Both the position numbers and the translations under genes were made by a program. Under the pieces are notes generated by a model. It was not told the DNA's origin, made no database searches, and worked only from the letters and a program-made list of their open reading frames with translations. Of a stretch of DNA of 64,000 bases, positions 28,623-38,203 are shown piece by piece. The stretch lies in contig OZ242358.1 of assembly GCA_965208835.1 (NCBI GenBank), positions 736,001 through 800,000 of the forward strand, read 5' to 3'. This DNA comes from Candidatus Latescibacterota bacterium (GTDB taxonomy: Bacteria; Latescibacterota; UBA2968; GCA-2709665). Position 1 is the first letter of the stretch. The number at the start of each line of letters is the position of its first letter.

Positions 28623-30998
28623 TCAACAGGCAGTCTGGCCGGTATACAGGTCCTTCACGGTAACGATGAGCTTGTGGAAACCGGCGGGGGCGTTTGTCGC
28701 GTCGATCTGCAGAAAGGTGAAGTCATTCTTCTGATTTCCCCGGTATTGCGCCGTGACCGTCGTCTCGGTGCCGTCTCGCGTGCGGGGGGTATCCTCGATC
28801 TCTTCGGAGATCCTGTTTCGTTCCGGCAGGATGTATTTGACGCGATAACTCACGGTTTCTTCAGCTTCATCCCGCCAGAGGTCTTCCATGCTCTCGATGA
28901 TCGCTTCCTCCACGATGGTCTGGATTTCCACCGCGGCGCCCGCGCCCGGGGCATCGGTGGCAGCGAACCGCTCAGGCCGGATTTCCTCGCGTTCCGGCCG
29001 GGTCAGCCGGTAGGAAATCCGGTTTTTGGTCCCGCCGAACCGGTCTTTTTTCAGATTGTATATCTCCAGGTAGATAAACACCGGCTCGGACCTGCCGTAG
29101 GTATGTATGGGATTCGGCGTGACGCGAAGGTCCTCGCGACCCTCGGGAAACGCCGTTTTTGGCTGGATCCCGGACGCCAGCAGCAGATCGCTCATGGCCA
29201 GTGACGAATCCGCTGCGTCAAATGTCCGGTATTCGCGAAACGTACCGATAGAACCAGTGCCGCGGTCCCGGACCTCGACGACGAGCCGGTGCTGTCGAGG
29301 AGCGACCCGCAAAGTCCGATAGGACGCGACGTGGCTGCGCCGCAGGCTGTCGCTCTTTGAATCAACCGCCTCGTCGAAAACCGGCCATTGCATTGCGACG
29401 TCCATTTTCCTTCGGTAGACCTGGTCCCATTGTTCGTCGAACAGAAACACGCCATCCTCGAGATCCACAAATCCGTTCGGTTCGGATAAACGGACCCTAT
29501 CCTTTGGAATCGCGTAGGCGAATTCAACGCGAATACTGTCGCGCTCCTGAAAGGCCGCGACCTGGTGGGGCATCTGATATTTCTTTTCGCGATACGGATC
29601 GATATATCGCTGCGGCGTGTCTCGATATATATGCCTGGCAGGAGGCACATGGAGTTCCTGTAGCGTTCTTTGCTTCCGCCGTGCGTAGTGATCTCCCAGA
29701 TCCGGTCTCCATTGTGTGATGTAATACCTATCCCTATCGTCTATTACTTCCAAACTCACAGTCTGTTGTCTCGTACTCCGCCCCGGTGGGTCCGTCCCCA
29801 ACGCAAACCGCCATCCGTCCAACCGGTCGTCGCTCGCGAAAGAGATACTGAAGTCCTCATAGAGCCACGTGTTTTTCCAACCCGTGGAACCTCGGTAGAT
29901 ACGCCGTTTAAGATGGGGACCAAACTTGATGAATGCCTTGCCCTGATCGGTCTGCCATCCGGCAATTTCCTTGAAGGGTCGGCTGAACCTGTGGTTGGCG
30001 TATGCAACCCTGCCGCAATGCTCCATCTTTCTCTCGTTGAACGCCGTCAGAAACAGCGGATCATGGCTGCGCCAGAAACGGCCACGTCCGCCGTTCGTTC
30101 GATCCTCGACGCCGGTGTCACCGTACCGAACCGCCCGCGCCATCCGTGTCCGTTCCTCTTCCGAAGCGACCATCTCCACCGACTCCATTCGGGACCGCTC
30201 CTCAGCGGTCATTCGCTCAAGCGCTCGCTTGTAGTAGCTGTGCGCGACGTCCATTTCACCCAATATCTGATAACCCAGGCCACAGAACAGAAGCGCGTCC
30301 TTGTCCTCCGGCGCCCGATCCAGAAGACGCTTGAAGAGCAGGATCATCGCTTCCGGGTGCCCGATCTCAACGTGAAGGAGACCGAGCAGGTTATACGTGC
30401 CTCGAAACCCTGGGTTCGCGTCAATTCCGCGTTGAAAGTGGGCCTTTGCCTGATCGAGATCCCGCGCGGCAAGATGGTTCCATTTGTCGCTATCGATGTA
30501 GGACAGATACTCCTGCACCGCGAAATATCCTGCCCAGTATGCCGCCTCCGCGGTCTCCGGCTCAGCGTGCAGCAGTTTTTCATAGTGACGCACGGCATGC
30601 CACCAGAACCCCTGCCTGCTGAGCAGTTCGCCCAACGTCAAATGATAGTCTTTATTCTCCGGGTCGAGGCGCATGGCCTCATCAAGCGCTTTGCGGGCGC
30701 TCTGGCGGGTGAGCGGCGTGTTCAATTCCATATAAAGCTTTGCGATCTCATAGAGCGCGGGCGCGAATTTCCAGTTTAGCTTCAAGACCTGCTCGAACGC
30801 CCTGATACTCGCCTCTGGAGGCACTTTGCCGACCTGCGCCAGCGCCTCGCGATACAGCGAATCCCGTCGCGCGTCGTTTGGACCGGCGCGCACGTCGGCT
30901 GTCGCGAGAAGCACCACTGCCATGACGACCAGACCGGACATCAGCCTGACCGGCCGACGGGATGTGGCAGAACTCAAAACGCCCATTTGTAATACCAT
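28623..30998 (-). CDS. GWxTD-domain protein with TPRs (paralog 3); C-terminus possibly truncated
   Basis: Signal peptide; TPRs; FWRSHDP..NERKMEHCGRVAYANHRF; GWQTDQGKAFIKFGP; YLEIYNL. Exact start uncertain. Confidence 0.82.
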   Translation of the reverse strand: MVLQMGVLSSATSRRPVRLMSGLVVMAVVLLATADVRAGPNDARRDSLYREALAQVGKVPPEASIRAFEQVLKLNWKFAPALYEIAKLYMELNTPLTRQSARKALDEAMRLDPENKDYHLTLGELLSRQGFWWHAVRHYEKLLHAEPETAEAAYWAGYFAVQEYLSYIDSDKWNHLAARDLDQAKAHFQRGIDANPGFRGTYNLLGLLHVEIGHPEAMILLFKRLLDRAPEDKDALLFCGLGYQILGEMDVAHSYYKRALERMTAEERSRMESVEMVASEEERTRMARAVRYGDTGVEDRTNGGRGRFWRSHDPLFLTAFNERKMEHCGRVAYANHRFSRPFKEIAGWQTDQGKAFIKFGPHLKRRIYRGSTGWKNTWLYEDFSISFASDDRLDGWRFALGTDPPGRSTRQQTVSLEVIDDRDRYYITQWRPDLGDHYARRKQRTLQELHVPPARHIYRDTPQRYIDPYREKKYQMPHQVAAFQERDSIRVEFAYAIPKDRVRLSEPNGFVDLEDGVFLFDEQWDQVYRRKMDVAMQWPVFDEAVDSKSDSLRRSHVASYRTLRVAPRQHRLVVEVRDRGTGSIGTFREYRTFDAADSSLAMSDLLLASGIQPKTAFPEGREDLRVTPNPIHTYGRSEPVFIYLEIYNLKKDRFGGTKNRISYRLTRPEREEIRPERFAATDAPGAGAAVEIQTIVEEAIIESMEDLWRDEAEETVSYRVKYILPERNRISEEIEDTPRTRDGTETTVTAQYRGNQKNDFTFLQIDATNAPAGFHKLIVTVKDLYTGQTAC

Positions 30999-31047
30999 CC
31001 AGTGACATGCAGCGCCATCAGGCGCGTGCGTACGGCCGCTGTCTCCG

Positions 31048-33381
31048 TCACTTCAACACGAACCCGGCATCCTTGGTCACGGTCTCACCACTGTTCAAAT
31101 CCGTGACGGCCACCTGCAGCACCTGCCGTCCCTCGCTATGCTGCCCGAGCTGCAACGCGACGTATTCCACCTCAGTGGAGTCAGTACCGACCTGCTCGGA
31201 TGCCACCTCGACCTCCACCTGCCGGTTTCCCCGCAGCCTCACAAGCCGTGCGATATTGCTGACGTTGGAATTCCCCTTTTCGCCCACGGTATAGGCGACG
31301 CGATATCTTGTCCGTCCGAACGTATCCTTCGTCAGATTATAGATTTCGTAATATACATTGACGCTGTGGCCCTTTCCGTACGTCCGGGTCGGCATTGGCA
31401 CAACGTGCAGGTCTCCCTTGCTGAACTTGCCGACCGCGTTGTCCTCAGTGATCCGCCAGGCCAGTTCCAGATCGCTCATCCGGAGACCGGTCTCAGGGTA
31501 GGCTTCTACCTGGATCATCTGGCGGTACCGCCCGCGCCTGCCGGTGCGTTTGTCCCTGGCCTCCACTTCCATCCTGTAGTGGCCCGGCGGAACGTCCAGC
31601 CGAACCAGGTCCGGAACAAATGCGCCTTCCTGCTGGGTCACGTCTCCGTGGCGCCGGAACAGTACGTCCCCACTCTCGCGGTAAACCTGACCTGTTTCCT
31701 TGTTCAATACGGCGACTGTCCTTTCGACGTCCAGGAACGTCGCGTCCTCAGCCTCCAGGTACTGCGCTGCCTGATGTGGAATCCCTGCATAGATTTCCAG
31801 TGCGGATGCCGTGTCAGCCTGCCCTCGGAAATCCGCCAGATCGTAGTAGAACTCCAGGGGATCTTCGTTCGCTGGCGGCTGGTAGTAGTCGGGGTATCGC
31901 GCCGCCGTTCGCATGCTCACGTTCCGGGGACTCAACCGGTTGAACGCGGCCAGCTTTCGGATGTCAATATCCACGTCGACCGGTGGCGGTGCGAAATCAA
32001 AGTTCCCGTTCAACATCTCATCCGTAAACGTCACCTCCATGCCGCCCCCCACGCCGTTGTTTACGTAGACCCAGCTTTCCCACGGGACCGTCGAGGTATC
32101 CATTTCATTGGCAAGCACGGGCCTGTAGGCGGGCGCCGTGAAGCCATCAAGGTCTTGCGGTCCTCGGATACTGCGAACCGGAAAAGCAACCAGGATGTCT
32201 CCCCAGTTCGCAACCTCCGCCGCACCGTGGATCTGCATTGCAAGCGCCTCCTTAACCCTGTGTACATCCACGCTCTGCTGGAAATCCTTCCAGTCCGATC
32301 TCGATCGATGGTCCGGCTCTCCGAATCTCACGTATACCTCTCCCCGCGTATCCCAGGGCTGCTGCGATTTGGAAAAATGCCGTCGCGCGAACGACACGCG
32401 CCGGTAATGCTCCAGCCGCCGCTCGTTCGCCGCAGTTGTCAGATCCGGGTCCCGGTCTCCCCAGAACCGGGTCAGAGACGCGTCTTTATCCGGCGCCTGG
32501 GCAAAAGCCTTGTATTCATCAGCAGAAGCAAGGAGGCGGATATCCTCATACAGCATCCGTTCTGCCGGTTCACAGGCTTCGAAATATCTCTCGAACGCGA
32601 CCTCCGCCAGGTCCAGGGAATCCAGTTCCATGTAGGCGTACGCGAGTACGGGCAACAGCCTGATCGCGTCGGGATGGTTCAGCATCTGCGTGCGCATCAG
32701 GTCCACAACGCGAGCGTGGTCGCCGGCTTTACCAAGCGCTCCGGCCAGGAGCAGAGTGACGTCCAGATCTTCGGGCCGGAGAGAGAGGTATTGTTCGTAG
32801 TGCTCCGCCGCGCGCAGATGATCTTCCTTGAATGTCCCGTACCATTCACCGAGCAGCCGGTGCGCAGGTGCAAACGTTGCATCCATTTGGAGGAGCTTTT
32901 CCGCTTCGCGCTTTACATCGTGTTCCCCCAATGCGTACCTCGCCTCGGCGATATGATAACGCGCTTCCAGGTAGTGCCGGTCGTATTGCAGTGCCTTCTT
33001 GAAGTAGTCGATCGCCGTGTACAGGCCCTTGGGTTTTTCTCGCCACACCAACCCGAGTCCGTTGTACGCCGGAGCGTATTTGTGCTGCCTACTCCGCGCA
33101 TCCCCAAATGCCCGTTCGGCGGCTTTCAAATCCCCATCCTTCAAATACACGTGGCCCAAACCCACGTGCGAAGGCGCATGTTTCCTGTCGATCTCGATTG
33201 CCGCGCGGAATCTTGACGCTGCCGCGTCCAGGCTGTCGCTGTCGAGCAGGTTCATACCCTCGCTGTAGAGGTTCTTAACCAACGCCCGATCCTCAGTGGA
33301 CATCGTCGTCGCTCCGGCCTCCGCATTGAAGAACGTCACCGCGGCAATCGCCAGAACATTCATAACCGCTCCTGGTCTCAT
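31048..33381 (-). CDS. GWxTD-domain protein with TPRs (paralog 4)
   Basis: GGAGG RBS; signal peptide; multiple TPRs; FWGDRDPD.TT..NERRLEHYRRV; variant PWDTRGEVYVRFGEP; YYEIYNL. Confidence 0.87.
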   Translation of the reverse strand: MRPGAVMNVLAIAAVTFFNAEAGATTMSTEDRALVKNLYSEGMNLLDSDSLDAAASRFRAAIEIDRKHAPSHVGLGHVYLKDGDLKAAERAFGDARSRQHKYAPAYNGLGLVWREKPKGLYTAIDYFKKALQYDRHYLEARYHIAEARYALGEHDVKREAEKLLQMDATFAPAHRLLGEWYGTFKEDHLRAAEHYEQYLSLRPEDLDVTLLLAGALGKAGDHARVVDLMRTQMLNHPDAIRLLPVLAYAYMELDSLDLAEVAFERYFEACEPAERMLYEDIRLLASADEYKAFAQAPDKDASLTRFWGDRDPDLTTAANERRLEHYRRVSFARRHFSKSQQPWDTRGEVYVRFGEPDHRSRSDWKDFQQSVDVHRVKEALAMQIHGAAEVANWGDILVAFPVRSIRGPQDLDGFTAPAYRPVLANEMDTSTVPWESWVYVNNGVGGGMEVTFTDEMLNGNFDFAPPPVDVDIDIRKLAAFNRLSPRNVSMRTAARYPDYYQPPANEDPLEFYYDLADFRGQADTASALEIYAGIPHQAAQYLEAEDATFLDVERTVAVLNKETGQVYRESGDVLFRRHGDVTQQEGAFVPDLVRLDVPPGHYRMEVEARDKRTGRRGRYRQMIQVEAYPETGLRMSDLELAWRITEDNAVGKFSKGDLHVVPMPTRTYGKGHSVNVYYEIYNLTKDTFGRTRYRVAYTVGEKGNSNVSNIARLVRLRGNRQVEVEVASEQVGTDSTEVEYVALQLGQHSEGRQVLQVAVTDLNSGETVTKDAGFVLK

Positions 33382-33439
33382 TTTGGACCTCCACGAGATA
33401 AACAGTTCTTGCGGTAATCTGGAGCTGTTTCAGGTGCTC

Positions 33440-36400
33440 CTATTCCAATACCAGTTCCACCGACCGCTCACGCTCGGTGCCCGCGTGGATATCGCGGACC
33501 TTTACCTTCAGCAGAAACTCGCCAGAGCCGGCTTTGTTCAGGTCCAGCGCCAGTGACTCCCTTGTATCCGGCGTGTCGCCGATGCGCTCGACCGTGACGG
33601 TCGTGGCGGGCTTTTCGCCGCTGCCGAAGATTCTGAGCAGCCGCCGGATGCCCTGCCGTTTCAGCCGGGTCAACCCGTAGGAGACCTCGAACGACGTCGT
33701 GCCGCGTTCGTCCGGCGTCAGATTGTAAAGCTCGAAATAGATGTACACGGGATCCCTGCGAGAGAACCTGAGCGAGGGATTCGGTACGGCCTGGATTCCT
33801 CGAAGATTGAACCCGTGGGATCCCTCGACGTCGGCCCGGATCACGTGCGCCGGCACGACGCTGCTCATATCCAGTTCGGTCTCCGAGAATTCAGGTATTC
33901 GCATGTCCTGCTTCCAGCCGCCAAGGAGGTTGTCCCGTGAGGGTCTGAGGAAAAACGCCGCGTGCCCTGAATCGGGGTCGGCGGAAAACCGGAGTACGCC
34001 GAAGCTCCGGTCTTCGTAGCGCGACCGTTCGACATGGGATTTACGCACGTAGCCGGTCAGGTTCTCGTACCGGTTCCACTGCATGTCATGCAGCGCAAGG
34101 CCGTATTGGTAGACCGCAGCCGTATCGGGCAATTGACGAAAGTCCTTCTTCAATTCCTTGAATGGCATTCCGTAATAAAGCTCAATGTCGCCCCTGCCGC
34201 GTTCGCCCTTGAAATACGCCAGGTAGGACTCGTAATCGAGGTCATCCACGTCGTCTTCCCAGGTATGGCGGTCTGTCTGGAGCGCCGTCTCCACGGACCG
34301 GCGCACTTCGCGCCTGAGTTTCTCATTCTCCCACCGAAGGCGTCGTCCATAGTTTCCCGAACCGGACAGGGACTCCACAAGACGCCAGTTGGAACCCATA
34401 CTGCTGGGTGTTGCGGCGAAATTGAATAACATCTTGTCAAATGCATCCGTCTTCCAGTAGTGCCAGACTTCGGCCATGGAGAACTTCTGCGTATCTGACG
34501 GTCGGCCGTGACGAATGTATATCAGACCCGGATCGTTGAACCTGTCGTTCAATTCGACCGTAGTCGGGTACGGGATGTCATCGCCCTGGTCCGGATCGTA
34601 GAACCAGGTCCGAAATCCATCGTAAATGTAGTACCGTTCGGCATACAAAATCCGCCGGTAGTGCTCCCCCAGCCGCACGTTGGGAGACACGGCAGGGGTG
34701 GGGTCCCTGCTCGCCCAGAACTTCCGGAAGAACTCCCGATAGGCCTCCGGCGTTTCGAGTTTGGAAAACGCATCCATTTCCTCTACGGTTACGATGTATT
34801 TCACGTCTTCGTACATCAGTTGCGCGTCCAGAGAGTCCCGGATGTTTTCAACCGCCTTGCTGTAATGCCGCTCTCCGGTCTCGAAGGCCTCGCTTCCGTA
34901 AGCGATGCGCGCCAGTGAAAGATAGGCCGGTATTACGCTCAAAGAAGGATCAGACGAAAGCCATGACCGCAGAACCGTATCCGCGCGCGCCGACTGCCCG
35001 GCGAGCCGCAGGGCCTCGCCCTCGAAGTAACGCGCGTATTCGGTACCATGTCTGCGTAACCACTTCAGCGCGTCGTTCGGATCCGTATTGTCCAGGAAAT
35101 ACAGGTACAGACGCCGCAGCCCGCGCCGGTGTATGAATTCATCCGGCTTGATCCGGACCTGATTTTCGCCCAGCCGAATCGCCTTTACGAACGCCTTGTC
35201 ATAACGTTTGAGTACTGCAAACTGATAGAGCACGTCACGGTAATGCGGCGCTTTGTTAACGAGTTGGCTGAATATCCGTTCCGATCGCCTCCAGTCCAGC
35301 CAGCGCGGGACCGTCCCCTTGTGTTTGCCGGATTCCCGGTAGGCGATAGCCCGCCGGTAGAGCGCCTCCAGATTGCCCGGATCGCGCGTCAGGATCTGCC
35401 CCGACCACTTCTTGAGGTCGCTCCAATCCTCCGCCTGCATCGCCGCGTCGCTGAGCGCTTTTAACGCCGCTGGAGACCCTGGCGACCGCTTCAGCGCCTT
35501 CTTCAGGAAATATTCCGCGTCTTCCCGGGCGCCCTGCCCCATATAAGCCCTTCCCAACCCCACAAAGGAAGGCGCGTACCCGTCGTTTTCGGAGATGGCA
35601 TCTTCGAATCGCTGCTTCGCTTCGGCGAAATTGCCGGCGGCCAGCAGACCGACTCCCTGGTTGAATGCGGCCGGTCCCCTGGGGTCGGTTACCAGCGCAG
35701 CGGGCGGCGCAGTGCGTCTGGTGACACCTCGCCGGGAAGATCCCGGTTCGCGCATTGCCGGCACAGGCAGCGCACCGCGTTGCGCCCAGTATCCCTCAAA
35801 TCCCGTTGTCCGCTGGAAAGCCGCGGTCCGCTTCCGTGGCGCGGCCTTCAGGCGCTCCAGCAGCATGCCGCTGTCGACGAGATGGACCACCTGGACGCCT
35901 TCCATGTCCCGAATCGCCACGGGCTCCGCTCGATCCAGCAACAGCCGTTCGGGGCGCGGCACCATCGTGGAAGGAAAGACCACCATCCCGCGCGCGGGCG
36001 GGTCATCCGTGGTGGACCCCGGCGGCGCGTGTACCCCGGTGGGATCCGATACCCAAACCACGGTTATCGCACCGGATATGCCCCCTCCATGGGCTTCATC
36101 GAGTCCCTCAACCGCGGCAGCGACGGCCTCGGCGCTGTGAACGGAAACATCCGCCTTTACATCCGCCGCCTCGTCCAGTGCGTTCTCGTCCGGCATGGCC
36201 TCCTTCGTGAAACCGGAGAACGCGGGAACGTACACCACGCGAATGGTATCGGCGTCCCAGACGTCCGCCGCCAGCTGTCCCCGGGTGCGATTCACGATCA
36301 GGATGTTGGGCGTCGCCGAAGCCGGCATGAACAGGCGCACAGGGTCGCTCCACAGCCCGGACAGGTCCTCATCCTGCGCAACGCGGTTCATAAAGCCCAT

Positions 36401-36772
36401 CAGATTCAGGCTCACACGCGCGTCAATGCGGCGCATCCGGATGTCGGCCAGCAGCAATCGGGTCTCGTCGGCGCCGACCGAGCCCGCCTCCAACGCAAGA
36501 TTCATCGCGTCGACGTCCCGCTTGAGCTCCAAGAGCGACTTGCGGTTCTGGATTCGCAGGTCCTTGAGCATCTCCCGGAAGTCGCCCGGGGTGGACGGTG
36601 TCTCCGGCACGGATCCCACCGTTGAAACAGGCCGTCTTCCGTCCCACTTCAGATGGATGCTGTCCGCCGGTCCCTGCGCTCCCTGAACCTGCACTTCCAC
36701 CGTATCCCCGCGGGCTGAATGCACAAATGCCAATAAAGCAAAGCCCAGGACGACTGAAATCATATGTCGCAT
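33440..36772 (-). CDS. GWxTD-domain protein with long N-terminal extension and TPRs (paralog 5)
   Basis: Signal peptide MRHMISVVLG; TPRs; FWASRDPTP..N.RLGEHYRRILYA; variant FNDPGLIYIRHGRP; YFELYNL. Confidence 0.82.
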   Translation of the reverse strand: MRHMISVVLGFALLAFVHSARGDTVEVQVQGAQGPADSIHLKWDGRRPVSTVGSVPETPSTPGDFREMLKDLRIQNRKSLLELKRDVDAMNLALEAGSVGADETRLLLADIRMRRIDARVSLNLMGFMNRVAQDEDLSGLWSDPVRLFMPASATPNILIVNRTRGQLAADVWDADTIRVVYVPAFSGFTKEAMPDENALDEAADVKADVSVHSAEAVAAAVEGLDEAHGGGISGAITVVWVSDPTGVHAPPGSTTDDPPARGMVVFPSTMVPRPERLLLDRAEPVAIRDMEGVQVVHLVDSGMLLERLKAAPRKRTAAFQRTTGFEGYWAQRGALPVPAMREPGSSRRGVTRRTAPPAALVTDPRGPAAFNQGVGLLAAGNFAEAKQRFEDAISENDGYAPSFVGLGRAYMGQGAREDAEYFLKKALKRSPGSPAALKALSDAAMQAEDWSDLKKWSGQILTRDPGNLEALYRRAIAYRESGKHKGTVPRWLDWRRSERIFSQLVNKAPHYRDVLYQFAVLKRYDKAFVKAIRLGENQVRIKPDEFIHRRGLRRLYLYFLDNTDPNDALKWLRRHGTEYARYFEGEALRLAGQSARADTVLRSWLSSDPSLSVIPAYLSLARIAYGSEAFETGERHYSKAVENIRDSLDAQLMYEDVKYIVTVEEMDAFSKLETPEAYREFFRKFWASRDPTPAVSPNVRLGEHYRRILYAERYYIYDGFRTWFYDPDQGDDIPYPTTVELNDRFNDPGLIYIRHGRPSDTQKFSMAEVWHYWKTDAFDKMLFNFAATPSSMGSNWRLVESLSGSGNYGRRLRWENEKLRREVRRSVETALQTDRHTWEDDVDDLDYESYLAYFKGERGRGDIELYYGMPFKELKKDFRQLPDTAAVYQYGLALHDMQWNRYENLTGYVRKSHVERSRYEDRSFGVLRFSADPDSGHAAFFLRPSRDNLLGGWKQDMRIPEFSETELDMSSVVPAHVIRADVEGSHGFNLRGIQAVPNPSLRFSRRDPVYIYFELYNLTPDERGTTSFEVSYGLTRLKRQGIRRLLRIFGSGEKPATTVTVERIGDTPDTRESLALDLNKAGSGEFLLKVKVRDIHAGTERERSVELVLE

Positions 36773-36777
36773 AGCCG

Positions 36778-37251
36778 CTATCTCCACTGTTGCTCCAGTT
36801 CGGCTTCCATATCCAGGATTGATGCCCGGATCTGCGCCAGTTCTTTACGCACCGGCGCAGATTCCCCATTCCCCGCCGGCACGTCCGTTTCATACACCTC
36901 CATTCCCCAGACCGCAAGCATCAGCACCGCTGCTACCGCCGCCGGCGCGAGTACGCCGCGGGGAACCCTCTCGATGAGGTCTTGCAGGCGCCAACGGACG
37001 CGCCCCGGCCGGGCTTCCAACCGTTCCGACAGACCATCCCAGAAGCCGGCTGGCGCCGTCTCGTTCGCGACGGACGCATTGAAATGGCTCCGGACCGCGT
37101 CCTCGCTTCGCCGCAGCCGCTCGAATGCAGCCGCGCAGTCCCCGCACCGAGCAAGGTGAACACGCATGGCCTCTTCCCGGTCCGGCGACAAATCGCCGTC
37201 CAGATAGCCATGCATCAGCTTCTTCGTTTCACGACATTCCAGATTCGGCAT
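36778..37251 (-). CDS. Zinc-finger (zf-HC2/ZAS) transmembrane anti-sigma factor
   Basis: C...YLDGDL...HLARCGDC (HxxxCxxC); single TM helix; directly downstream of the ECF sigma gene. Confidence 0.9.
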   Translation of the reverse strand: MPNLECRETKKLMHGYLDGDLSPDREEAMRVHLARCGDCAAAFERLRRSEDAVRSHFNASVANETAPAGFWDGLSERLEARPGRVRWRLQDLIERVPRGVLAPAAVAAVLMLAVWGMEVYETDVPAGNGESAPVRKELAQIRASILDMEAELEQQWR

Positions 37252-37275
37252 GTTTTCTGCCCTCTTTCGTTGCGG

Positions 37276-37836
37276 TCAATCCAGCAGACCATGTCTCTCG
37301 ATCTCTTTCTGCAGTTTTTCCCGCGCACGGTGCAGCCGGGATTTGACCGTGCCTTCAGGGATGTTCAGGATTATAGCGATTTCGCTGCCGGCAAGTTCCT
37401 GCAGATAGGACAACACCACAACCTCGTGGAGCTTTCCCGGCAGCCGGTCGATTATCGCCCTCAGGCGGACCTTCACGTCTTGTCTTGCGAACCGGGTGTC
37501 CGGCGATTCTGTCGCGGCCGAAGCCTGGCCGCCGAACCAGGCGGGCGGCGTCAGGCGCTCAAACAAACGTCGTCGCCGTCGCCTGCGCACGTTCAGGGCG
37601 GTCCGAACCGCAATACGGTACATCCATGCCTGAAACGGAACCTTCCCCGAAAACGAACCCAGCCCGCGGTAAGCGCGTACAAATGCATCCTGGGCCGCTT
37701 CCTCCGCCTCCTCACGGTTGCCCAGGATTGAAAGCGCAACCCGGAAGACGAAGTCCTGGTGCGGTTCGATCAACCTCCGGAACGCTTCCTGATTTCCCGA
37801 GAGACACTGCTGAATCAGGAACCGTTCCGTGGGCAT
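37276..37836 (-). CDS. ECF (sigma-70 family) RNA polymerase sigma factor
   Basis: Region 2 (EEAEEAAQDAFVRAY, FQAWMYRIAV) and region 4 (EIAIILNIPEGTVKSRLHRAR); start MPTERF inferred. Confidence 0.93.
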   Translation of the reverse strand: MPTERFLIQQCLSGNQEAFRRLIEPHQDFVFRVALSILGNREEAEEAAQDAFVRAYRGLGSFSGKVPFQAWMYRIAVRTALNVRRRRRRRLFERLTPPAWFGGQASAATESPDTRFARQDVKVRLRAIIDRLPGKLHEVVVLSYLQELAGSEIAIILNIPEGTVKSRLHRAREKLQKEIERHGLLD

Positions 37837-38032
37837 GCGGGACTCCGGCGTATTGGCGCGCTGAGGAATCGGTATCGTAAACTGCCTTTTAAGATCGACG
37901 GATAACACTTCATTACCCAAAAACGTAGTGTTCTGACCCGGAAACGGGTTGACTGAAATCGGCGGTATATCGGCGAGGAATTATTGCGACACGACTCCGG
38001 ACACGCGATGTGTTCCCTGTCTCACATCCTGC

Positions 38033-38060
38033 AAGACACGCCTTCCGTCTAAACGGTTCA
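38033..38060 (-). promoter_or_regulatory. Putative autoregulatory ECF promoter TGAACC-N17-GTCTT
   Basis: Minus strand reads TGAACC gtttagacggaaggcgt GTCTT about 200 nt upstream of the sigma start; same architecture as 17780..17807. Confidence 0.45.
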
Positions 38061-38174
38061 TTATAAATTCGCCAGATCACTGGAAAAAGCAACAGTTATT
38101 GCCAGAAAAAAAAGAATGGATGTGCCAATCCTGGGCGTCACGCGCCCGCCCGCTGCTCGCCGCAGAATAATCCC

Positions 38175-38203
38175 TTGACGCGTATATGCCATGTCCGTAC
38201 TTT
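38175..38203 (+). promoter_or_regulatory. Sigma70-like promoter TTGACG-17-TACTTT
   Basis: Near-consensus hexamers with a 17-nt spacer, about 70 nt upstream of the PhyH-HEAT start. Confidence 0.5.

Noticed and set aside
31138-33216. 692-aa plus-strand ORF (also 16334..17782 and 42909..44324)
   Set aside because: Antisense shadows of the GWxTD and parE genes.
33384-33409. Third ECF-like promoter AGAACT-N15-GTCCA before GWxTD paralog 4
   Set aside because: The spacer is 2 nt shorter than at the other two sites and it overlaps the RBS; likely chance.
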